Assembly: GCA_026985735.1 (NCBI GenBank) | Contig: JALSPW010000069.1 | Location: forward strand, 1-51,903 | Direction of reading: 5' to 3' | From: Saprospiraceae bacterium | Lineage (GTDB): Bacteria > Bacteroidota > Bacteroidia > Chitinophagales > Saprospiraceae | Length of the DNA: 51,903 nt | Shown: piece by piece, positions 9,445 to 17,219 of the stretch | Layout: each line of letters begins with the position of its first letter | Numbering within the stretch: the stretch's first letter is position 1 | Translations under genes and position numbers: made by a program | Notes under the pieces: generated by a model | Told to the model about the DNA's origin: nothing | The model's input: the letters and a program-made list of their open reading frames with translations, nothing else | Database searches by the model: none

Positions 9445-10857
9445 TTAATTTAGAATTCTAAATTCAGTTCTTCTGTTTTGCAAATGCTGTTCTTCCGTAC
9501 AAGGTACACCATTTGAGCAATTGTTTTTCAACATAGTCTCTCCAAATCCTTTAGCTTCCAACATTTCAGAGCTGATTCCTTTAGATATTAAATAATTAAC
9601 CACTGCCTTTGCCCTTCTTTCTGACAAAGCCATATTGTATGAATCCGAACCTCTGGAATCTGTATGAGAAACTATTTCGATTCTATGCCCTGCTTTCAAT
9701 AACGGAAGAAGTTTATCATCTATTATTTTTTTTGCTTTTTTATCTAATTTTGAACTATTGAAGCCCCAATTAATCGGCAACAAATTATAATCCAACAATT
9801 CACATTTCACCTCTCTATATTCATCTGAATATCTACCTAACTCAAGTATTTTAGTTTTTGCAACGTTTATAATCTCTGCAGGTACATCAATTTCTTTCAT
9901 CGATGCATCGGACGCCAATGTTTTAAAGGAGCGATTTGTATATTTATCAGGAACAACCGTTTCCGTAGCCGTTGCATCCGCTACCAGTTTATCATATTCC
10001 CAATCTTTATATACAGCAGGAATAACTTGTTCTTCCACTCTTGCATCTTCAACCAGTTTTAAATATGTTCGGGTTTTATAAACTTCAGGAACTTCAGTAT
10101 ATACCACTTTTGAAGGAGTATCTATAACTTTCTTTTTATAAGTTTTATAAACAGGTTCTATTTTTGTTGTTTTCACACAATCATCTCCTTTCAACATCCA
10201 TCCGTCTTCACAAGTTCCCTTAACTTTTTTATATATTATCTTATATTGAGCAGGAATATCTATCTTGCAAACAATAATACAGTCATCAGGATTTGCAGAC
10301 TGACAATCATTACCTGATCTTTTATGAACAATTTTTGTAGATTTTGGAGAAACTTCAATTTTCTCAGCAACAGTTGTGTAAGGAACAGGTTTTTTCTCAT
10401 AAACCGTATATCCCGGCTTAATTTCTTTTTGAAATGTTTCGGTTTTATAAGTTGCAGGAATAACTTTTGCTACTTTATAAGCTTCTTTTACAAGTTGTTT
10501 TTCCGTCACTTTCTCAAATTTAGCCGGAATGACTTTTATAACCTTATAGCTATCTTTTACAAGGACTTTCTTAGAAGCTTTCTCAAATTTTGCAGCTACG
10601 GGTGAATAATCTTTTCTTCCCTCTTTTTCCAGAATTTTCTCGGAACCATCGGCAAAAGCAGCAGGAGTAAACTCCACTCTCATAGAAGCCGCCTTAATTG
10701 TTACAGGCACATTCATTTTCTCATAAGTAGTAGGTGTATAGCATTTTGCATAACATTTTCCGGATTCAAAATTTTTGAAGTCTTTTTCCGGTTGAGCAAA
10801 AGCCATATTTGCGGTAAACACTAATAGTAGTGAAAATAATAGAGTATTTTTTTTCAT
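9445..10857 (-). CDS. OmpA-family protein with a repeat-rich N-terminal region
   Basis: Signal peptide MKKNTLLFSLLLVFTANMAFAQ, using the ATG at 10857 because the track start is a TTG. About 15-20-aa periodic motifs of the form (V/I)PAxY(K/E)xxT. The C-terminal OmpA_C domain contains TDSRGSDSYNMALSERRA...NRRTEF. Confidence 0.8.
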   Translation of the reverse strand: MKKNTLLFSLLLVFTANMAFAQPEKDFKNFESGKCYAKCYTPTTYEKMNVPVTIKAASMRVEFTPAAFADGSEKILEKEGRKDYSPVAAKFEKASKKVLVKDSYKVIKVIPAKFEKVTEKQLVKEAYKVAKVIPATYKTETFQKEIKPGYTVYEKKPVPYTTVAEKIEVSPKSTKIVHKRSGNDCQSANPDDCIIVCKIDIPAQYKIIYKKVKGTCEDGWMLKGDDCVKTTKIEPVYKTYKKKVIDTPSKVVYTEVPEVYKTRTYLKLVEDARVEEQVIPAVYKDWEYDKLVADATATETVVPDKYTNRSFKTLASDASMKEIDVPAEIINVAKTKILELGRYSDEYREVKCELLDYNLLPINWGFNSSKLDKKAKKIIDDKLLPLLKAGHRIEIVSHTDSRGSDSYNMALSERRAKAVVNYLISKGISSEMLEAKGFGETMLKNNCSNGVPCTEEQHLQNRRTEFRILN

Positions 10858-10909
10858 AATCAAATCAGTTTAAATTTATAAAATAATAATATTTGCAAAG
10901 ATATGTATA

Positions 10910-12094
10910 CTAAACATAAATACCAAAATATTTAACACTTTTATAATTGCTTGAAAGAAAAGGAATATAGTTACTAACCGGCTTTAAATTACCGTTTTTT
11001 GATAAAATCAATATCTCTTCTCCAACGTTACTTCTATATATATCATTGCTTTCAGTACCCATTATAAAAAGTCTTTCTTTGGTTTTATCATCCAAATCAC
11101 CAATTGCTTTATTTCCCGTGCGAATAGTTTCTATATATTCTTTATTAATTTTTGTATCTTTTAAAATAATTTTCATCAACTTTCTTTTAAGCAACCCGTT
11201 AGCAAGAAAATAAATTAATTGATCTTTAGAATTTGCCAATTTTTTCAACGAAAAAATAATATCCGAATCATCAATCTTCATAAATAGGTCAATTCCTTTG
11301 TCAAAATCATTCATCTCCTTAAAAACCCTTAAACTTTCAGGTAATAATGCAAAATCTTGATTATTTGCTTCATTAATTGTATATTTCAATAATATATTCA
11401 ACATTCTATCTGCAACTATAGACGTTTTGTGCATATACACTTGCCAATACATGATTTTTCTAGCTATTAAAAATTTTTCTATTGAATAAACTCCTTTTTC
11501 TTCTATAACCAATTTGTCATCAACAACATTAAACATTTTAATAATCCTGTCATATCCTATCACGCCTTCTGCTACTCCTGTAAAAAAGCTATCCCTAGTC
11601 AAATAATCAAGTCTATCAACATCAACCTGTCCTGATACCAACTGATGGAAAAAATGTCTATTGTATTTGCCTAAAAACATTCTTATAGCCATATCAAGTT
11701 CCCCCTTAAACTCATCATTCAATCTATACATCAATCTCAGAGAAATATTTTCATGTTCCAGAGGCAAAAACACTTTTTCCAAAGAATGGGAAAATGGAGA
11801 GTGACCAATATCATGGAGTAAAATACTAATACTAGCAGCTTTGTATTCTTCATCGGTAATTTTAATTCCTTTCCATTTTAATGTCTCTATTGACTTTTTC
11901 ATCAAATGCAATGCTCCAAGACTATGTGAAAATCTAGTATGATTAGCGCTAGGATATACATAATCAGCCAATCCCATTTGTTTTATCCTTCTTAATCTCT
12001 GAAAATATGGATGGTCAATTAGTTTGTAGATGATTTCATGATCAAAACCTATTAATCCATACAAAGGATCATTAAAAATTTTCTTTTTATTCAT
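10910..12094 (-). CDS. HD-domain phosphohydrolase (dGTPase/SAMHD1-like fold)
   Basis: RFSHSLG ... LLHDIGHSPFSHS ... DVDRLDYL motifs. Confidence 0.8.
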   Translation of the reverse strand: MNKKKIFNDPLYGLIGFDHEIIYKLIDHPYFQRLRRIKQMGLADYVYPSANHTRFSHSLGALHLMKKSIETLKWKGIKITDEEYKAASISILLHDIGHSPFSHSLEKVFLPLEHENISLRLMYRLNDEFKGELDMAIRMFLGKYNRHFFHQLVSGQVDVDRLDYLTRDSFFTGVAEGVIGYDRIIKMFNVVDDKLVIEEKGVYSIEKFLIARKIMYWQVYMHKTSIVADRMLNILLKYTINEANNQDFALLPESLRVFKEMNDFDKGIDLFMKIDDSDIIFSLKKLANSKDQLIYFLANGLLKRKLMKIILKDTKINKEYIETIRTGNKAIGDLDDKTKERLFIMGTESNDIYRSNVGEEILILSKNGNLKPVSNYIPFLSSNYKSVKYFGIYV

Positions 12095-12257
12095 AAATGA
12101 AAATATATGTTATACAAATATCGTTAAGTTTATTGTTCTTTCAAAATAAAAAGCGAGGTAACTGTTCGATTTAGTGCTTTTGGAATAAATTATCGTCTTT
12201 TATTGGTCAGGAACTACTGAAATCCGGTAATTATTAAACTATATATAAATATAAAAA

Positions 12258-13814
12258 ATGGCTGAAATAAAAATCTTATGGGTCGATGATGAAATTGATA
12301 CTCTCAAACCTCAATTATTTTTTTTAAATAAAAAAGGATATAATGTCATAACAATAAGTAATGGTTATGATGCAATTGATATTCTTAAAAAAAATGAAGA
12401 TATTGATATAGTATTTCTTGATGAATCCATGCCTGGATTAACAGGACTTGAGACACTTGAGAAAATAAAAGAAATAAGACCTATTATTCCTGTTGTAATG
12501 ATTACCAAAAATGAAACAGAAAATATCATGGAGGAAGCTATAGGGTCGCAAATCGATGATTATCTGATAAAACCGGTTAATCCCAATCAAATCTTATTAA
12601 GTCTGAAAAAAATCATTGACAATAATAGATTGATTAAAGAAAAAACAGCATCAGATTACCAGCAAGAATTCAGGACAATGCTCATGAATATAGGTAGTGG
12701 AATGGATTACAAAGATTGGGTGTCAACTTATTTAAAACTGGTGAAATGGGAAATAAAATTAGACAATAGTGATGTTGTGGAAATGTCCGACATTCTTTCA
12801 ATGCAAAAAAATGAAGCAAACTCCGAATTTTCAAAATTCATCTCAAAAAATTATCTTAAGTGGACAGAAAAAAATGAGGACAAACCTATTCAATCACATG
12901 AATTGATGCAGAAATATGTATTTCCGAAAATGGAAGATAAAGTTCCAACAGTTATGTTTTTACTTGATAATTTAAGATTTGACCAATGGAAAATACTTGA
13001 ACCGTTAATTCTCCAATACTATAGGAAAGAAAGCGAAAATGCTTTTTTCAGTATTCTTCCCACAACTACACAATATAGCAGAAATTCTATTTTTGCCGGA
13101 TTAATGCCGGGAGAAATTGCTAAGTTATATCCCGAGTGGTGGGTAAATGATTTTGAAGAAGGAGGGAAAAATTCCCATGAAGAAGATTTATTAAATGAAC
13201 AAATTAAAAGAATATTCAGAAAAAACATAAAACATCAATATGTTAAGATTTTGAACACAAAAGTAGCAAAACAAGTATATGAAAATGCAAGCAATATTTT
13301 AAATTTTGACCTTACGGTTTTAGTTTATAATTTCATTGACATGCTCTCTCATGCCAGAACCGAAATGGATGTATTAAAAGCTTTGGCAAGTGATGAAAAA
13401 GCATACAGGTCACTGACTCTATCATGGTTTAAAAACTCTCCCTTGTTTGAAACATTAAAATATTTAAGTAATAAAAACATAAAAGTTATAATTACAACTG
13501 ACCATGGAACCATCAGGGTAAAAAGACCCTCAAAAGTAATAGGAGATAAAGAAACCACTACAAACTTAAGATATAAAACGGGAAAAAACCTGCAATTTAA
13601 CAGTAAAAACGTATTTTTAATTGACAAGCCTGAGAAAGCCGGGCTACCTACTCCTTATGTAAGTTCAAGGTTCATTTTTGCTAAAGAGGACTATTATTTT
13701 TTATATCCTAATAACTATAATTATTACAACAGGTTGTATAATGATACTTTTCAACATGGTGGAATATCCATGGAAGAAATGATTTGTCCTGTTATTTCAT
13801 TAAAACCCAGATAG
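12258..13814 (+). CDS. porX: T9SS response regulator PorX (REC + PglZ/alkaline-phosphatase-superfamily domain)
   Basis: N-terminal receiver domain (ILWVDDE...FLDESMPGLTGLE...KP) followed by a PglZ domain (TTDHGT). At 518 aa it is about the length I recall for PorX. Confidence 0.8.
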   Translation: MAEIKILWVDDEIDTLKPQLFFLNKKGYNVITISNGYDAIDILKKNEDIDIVFLDESMPGLTGLETLEKIKEIRPIIPVVMITKNETENIMEEAIGSQIDDYLIKPVNPNQILLSLKKIIDNNRLIKEKTASDYQQEFRTMLMNIGSGMDYKDWVSTYLKLVKWEIKLDNSDVVEMSDILSMQKNEANSEFSKFISKNYLKWTEKNEDKPIQSHELMQKYVFPKMEDKVPTVMFLLDNLRFDQWKILEPLILQYYRKESENAFFSILPTTTQYSRNSIFAGLMPGEIAKLYPEWWVNDFEEGGKNSHEEDLLNEQIKRIFRKNIKHQYVKILNTKVAKQVYENASNILNFDLTVLVYNFIDMLSHARTEMDVLKALASDEKAYRSLTLSWFKNSPLFETLKYLSNKNIKVIITTDHGTIRVKRPSKVIGDKETTTNLRYKTGKNLQFNSKNVFLIDKPEKAGLPTPYVSSRFIFAKEDYYFLYPNNYNYYNRLYNDTFQHGGISMEEMICPVISLKPR

Positions 13815-14110
13815 TGTCTAATTATAATAACAGCTTGAATATAAGACTAATAATTGAGAATTGAGAATTGAGAATTGAGAATGACAAAAGTTAAAATATT
13901 TTTAATAAAATGTTTTTATTAATTTTGGGGTCACGTTAATTCCCAACGAGCCAGTTGGTCTGAATTTGCTAAAAATAATTGAAAAAATCAATACGTACTC
14001 CAGAATGTATTGTAAATGTTTATAATGTTTTTATAAAAAGTAAAAAATTTAAACAGATGAGATATTTACTGTACCGAAATGATTTAATACCATAGTTTCA
14101 GTGAGTTGAA
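13811..14110 (+). repeat. Intergenic repeat element, copy 1 (between porX and rpoD)
   Basis: Begins ATAGTGTCT...GCTTGAAT, overlapping the porX stop codon, and ends with AAATTTAAACAGATGAGATATTTACTG...CCATAGT...GAGTTGAA (14045-14110). It aligns by hand with 15223-15449. Confidence 0.6.
13852..13879. repeat. Tandem heptanucleotide (AATTGAG)x4
   Basis: Four perfect head-to-tail copies read directly from the sequence, followed by a partial AATGA. Confidence 0.95.
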
Positions 14111-14127
14111 AAAATAAATACAGGTAA

Positions 14128-14985
14128 CTATTTTTTTAAAACACCTCTTTTATAGGATTTACGTAGTTTTCTGATTGCTCTTTCTTTTATTTGCCTTACT
14201 CTCTCCCTTGTTAAATTGAACATACTTCCGATTTCTTCAAGATTCATTTCCTGTGAATCTCCCAAGCCGTAATATGCTTTTAGTATTTCCTTTTCCCTTG
14301 GACTAAGAATTGATAAATTAATATCTACATCTTCAAATAATGATTCTTTAATAAGTTTTTTATCCGTCTCTTCATAATCCGATTGTATATAAAAATCAAT
14401 CAATGTAGCATCACTACCTTCATTAGAAACAGGAGCATCAAAAGAAACATGCTTATTACCAATACTTAATATATCATTTACTTGTTTAGGAGTCATATCC
14501 AGTATTTCAGCCAACTCTTCATTACTTGGTTCTCTTTCAAACTCCTGTATAAAAGATGAATATGCCTGTTGAACTTTATTAAAAGTGGTAACTTTATTCA
14601 CGGGTAATCTTACTATCCTGCTATATTCGACAATTGCTTGTAATATTGATTGTCTTATCCACCAAACAGCATACGAAATAAATTTAAATCCCTTTGTCTC
14701 ATCAAATCTTTTAGCTGCCTTAATAAGCCCGACATTACCTTCATTTATCAAATCGCTTAAGGATAAACCTTGATTTTGATATTGTTTAGCTACTGAAACT
14801 ACAAACCTTAGATTAGATTTTGTCAATTTATCCAATGCTTCCTCATCTCCATTTCTAATACGAAAAGCCAATTCAGCCTCTTCCTCAGGTGTCAGAAGCT
14901 CAAGTTTGCTTATATCACTCAAATATCTATCCAGTGATACGCTTTCCCGATTAGTTATTTTATTTTCAATCTTTAATTGACGCAT
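14128..14985 (-). CDS. rpoD: Primary sigma-70 family factor (Bacteroidota short RpoD/SigA)
   Basis: The start at ATG 14985 gives MRQLKI, the usual Bacteroidota RpoD N-terminus. Also has [19 protein letters not shown], region 2.4 [12 protein letters not shown] and region 4.2 [18 protein letters not shown]. Confidence 0.9.
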   Translation of the reverse strand: MRQLKIENKITNRESVSLDRYLSDISKLELLTPEEEAELAFRIRNGDEEALDKLTKSNLRFVVSVAKQYQNQGLSLSDLINEGNVGLIKAAKRFDETKGFKFISYAVWWIRQSILQAIVEYSRIVRLPVNKVTTFNKVQQAYSSFIQEFEREPSNEELAEILDMTPKQVNDILSIGNKHVSFDAPVSNEGSDATLIDFYIQSDYEETDKKLIKESLFEDVDINLSILSPREKEILKAYYGLGDSQEMNLEEIGSMFNLTRERVRQIKERAIRKLRKSYKRGVLKK

Positions 14986-15222
14986 TGAATTAAATTTTCC
15001 TCTCAATAATGTCTGTCCAAAAAGCCTTTAAAATAAATAATATCAAATACTTTTTAGATGTACACTAATTTCATTTAAAAAAAATCTTATATATTTATTA
15101 TAACATTGATTTTTTAAAAATAATTTCGTATAATCTATTTTTTTAAAAAAATCAAGAGGAAAATTATTTTTTTCTATTTATTTATTGAAAATTTTCATAA
15201 TAATGTCGATATTTTACATTAA

Positions 15223-15449
15223 ATAGTGTCTGTCTATAAAGTGCTTGAATTTTTAAAAACAAAGATTTTTGATAAAATGAGTATTGATTTTATAAATCAT
15301 AAATTTATTGAAAATGATAAAAAAAAATTAATATGAATTCCTGAATATTTTATAAATTTTTATTATATTTTTTTAAGAATACAAATTTAAAACAGATGAG
15401 ATTTTTACTTTTCCGACAGGAAGTGATGCCATAGTATCGTCGAGTTAAG
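15223..15449 (+). repeat. Intergenic repeat element, copy 2 (upstream of rpoD)
   Basis: Core ATAGTGTCTGTCTATAAAGTGCTTGAATTTTTAAAAACAAAGATTTTTGATAA (15223-15275), and a distal part AAATTTAAAACAGATGAGATTTTTACTT...CCATAGT...GAGTTAAG (15383-15449). Confidence 0.6.
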
Positions 15450-15501
15450 CAAAAGAAAAAGAACACAAAAGAATTTTATAAATTATATTGATTTTATTAA
15501 A

Positions 15502-17094
15502 CCCTAACTCTTTAGACTAATACGTAATATTATTTTAATAAAGTATCATATTTACTTGGATTTGATACTTTTTTTGTGTTATTTTGCGATTGTCTATATA
15601 CGTAGTATTTAAAAATTTAATTATGGCTAAAAAACATCCACAATGGGCTTTAAAGCACAAGAAAAAAGGTACTGAATTAAGACTTATAAATGGTCGTTAT
15701 TATCTGTATGAAATCACAAGCAAATGGAATCCGGAGAAAAAGCGTTCTCAAAAAATAACATTAGGCTTATTAGGAAAAATAACAAAAGAAGAGGGGTTTG
15801 TTGAATCAGAAAAGCACAAGTTAAAAAGCCAAACTTTTATTCCTGAAAATATTCATTTGAAAGAATACGGTATTAGTGCTTTAATAAAAGAGGAGTTTTC
15901 CAATTACATAGAGCTTCTGCAAAAACATTTTCCAAAGCATTGGAAATTTATTATAGCCTTGTCTTATAGTCGATTTGCATTTCAAAGTCCTCTTAAAAAT
16001 GCTCAATATCATTTTTCAAAAAGTTATTTATCAGAAGTTTATAAAAATGTAGGTTTATCATCGGCATCTATAAGCAAGAAATTAAAAGAAATCGGTATAA
16101 AAAGAAAAGATATTTTGAATTTTTTCAAAGAATTTAAAATTGAAAATGACAATATCTTATTCGACGGAACAGACATGTTTAGTAACTCCAAAAATATGAG
16201 CTATCCACAAAAAAGCAAAACGAAAAAAGGGACATTTGATAACATTATAAATTTAATGTTTATTTTTTCAACAAAAACAAAAACGCCACTTTATTATAGG
16301 ATAATGTCAGGCAAAACTAAGGATATAAGTAGTTTCAAACTATGTGTAGATGAGGCAAATATTGATGATGCAATAATTATTGCAGATAAAGGATTTTATT
16401 CAGAAAGTAATATTGAGAAATTAGACAAAGAGGGACTTCAATACATAGTACCTTTGCGAAGAAATAGCAGTTTGATTAATTACAACTCAGACAAGACAAA
16501 TAATTTAAAAGAATATGACGGGTATTTTTTATATGAGAAAAAAATAATCTGGTATAGTGAAAATCAGGTTAATGGAAAAAGAATTATTACATATAGAAAT
16601 GATAATTTAAGAGCTGAAGAGATAAATGATTATTTAAGAAGATGCAAAACTTTGCCTGAAAAATATAATGAACAAACATTTTTTGAAAAACAATATGGAT
16701 TTGGCACTATAAGTTTTATAACTAATTTATCAAACAATTTTACGCAGGAAGACATATACTTAAATTACAAAAGTCGCAATCAAATAGAAAGTATGATAGA
16801 TGTATTTAAAAATATTTTAAATGCTGATAAATCATATATGCAAGATGAAGATGCATTAGAAGGCTGGATGTTTGTAAATTTTATAGCAATGCATTGGTAC
16901 TACAAATTAATTTTAAAGCTAAAAGAAAAAAAATTAAACTCAAAATTTTCTCCAAAGGATATAATTCTATTTTTAAAAGATGTCAAAAAAATACAAATAA
17001 ATAGAAAATGGTTAAACCTTGAAATTACAAAGAAAAATTTAGAATTATTCCATAATCTAAATTTACATATTACGTAAAAACTAAAGAGTTAGGG
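15502..17094 (+). mobile_element. Intact IS4-family insertion sequence (1593 bp), possibly of the IS1634-like subgroup
   Basis: Perfect 14-bp terminal inverted repeats: CCCTAACTCTTTAG (15502-15515) and CTAAAGAGTTAGGG (17081-17094). The repeats extend to TACGTAATAT with a 1-nt offset. Flanked by the 6-bp direct repeat ATTAAA (15496-15501 and 17095-17100). Contains a single transposase ORF. Confidence 0.85.
15623..17077 (+). CDS. DDE transposase, IS4 family
   Basis: ATG at 15623 (MAKKHPQW). Candidate DDE residues in FDGTDMF, IIADKGFYSE and YKSRNQIESMIDVFK. The last matches the IS4 Y-(2)-R-(3)-E-(6)-K signature exactly. Confidence 0.8.
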   Translation: MAKKHPQWALKHKKKGTELRLINGRYYLYEITSKWNPEKKRSQKITLGLLGKITKEEGFVESEKHKLKSQTFIPENIHLKEYGISALIKEEFSNYIELLQKHFPKHWKFIIALSYSRFAFQSPLKNAQYHFSKSYLSEVYKNVGLSSASISKKLKEIGIKRKDILNFFKEFKIENDNILFDGTDMFSNSKNMSYPQKSKTKKGTFDNIINLMFIFSTKTKTPLYYRIMSGKTKDISSFKLCVDEANIDDAIIIADKGFYSESNIEKLDKEGLQYIVPLRRNSSLINYNSDKTNNLKEYDGYFLYEKKIIWYSENQVNGKRIITYRNDNLRAEEINDYLRRCKTLPEKYNEQTFFEKQYGFGTISFITNLSNNFTQEDIYLNYKSRNQIESMIDVFKNILNADKSYMQDEDALEGWMFVNFIAMHWYYKLILKLKEKKLNSKFSPKDIILFLKDVKKIQINRKWLNLEITKKNLELFHNLNLHIT

Positions 17095-17160
17095 ATTAAA
17101 ATAAAAAAATCGTTACTCTCACAAGTTCAATGAAAATGCCATAATTAATGAAAATATACT

Positions 17161-17197
17161 CCAAAACAAAAGCCCAAATTATAATAATTTAGGCTTT
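17161..17197 (-). terminator. Long hairpin terminator after the giant adhesin gene
   Basis: AAAGCC-c-AAATTA-taa-TAATTT-a-GGCTTT (17169-17197), followed on the minus strand by a T-rich tract. Lies about 25 nt past the stop at 17220. Confidence 0.55.
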
Positions 17198-17219
17198 ATC
17201 TTTATTTTATTGTCATGTT

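Noticed and set aside
10910-12094. An HD/dGTPase-like protein could be an anti-phage dNTP-depletion defence gene.
   Set aside because: It is a single gene with no neighbouring defence genes or mobile-element context, and this family is a common housekeeping gene in Bacteroidota. It is kept only as a possible PorX-linked partner.
12258-13814. A PglZ domain could indicate a BREX/PGL phage-defence locus.
   Set aside because: The PglZ domain is fused to an N-terminal receiver domain, which is the PorX architecture. None of the BREX partners (PglX methyltransferase, BrxC ATPase, BrxL and others) is nearby.
13927-13970. A locally GC-richer patch (GGGGTCACGTTAATTCCCAACGAGCCAGTTGGTCTGAA) could be a tRNA fragment, attachment site or small RNA.
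   Set aside because: Only a 5-bp stem (CCAAC/GTTGG) can be drawn, with no tRNA-like T-loop or acceptor features. It is absent from the paralogous repeat copy, so there is not enough evidence to call anything.
14054-14080. CAGATGAG...CGAAA in the distal repeat block looked like a hammerhead ribozyme core (CUGAUGAG...GAAA).
   Set aside because: The essential U of CUGAUGA is an A in both copies, and I could not draw the three required helices. The differences between the two copies do not covary.
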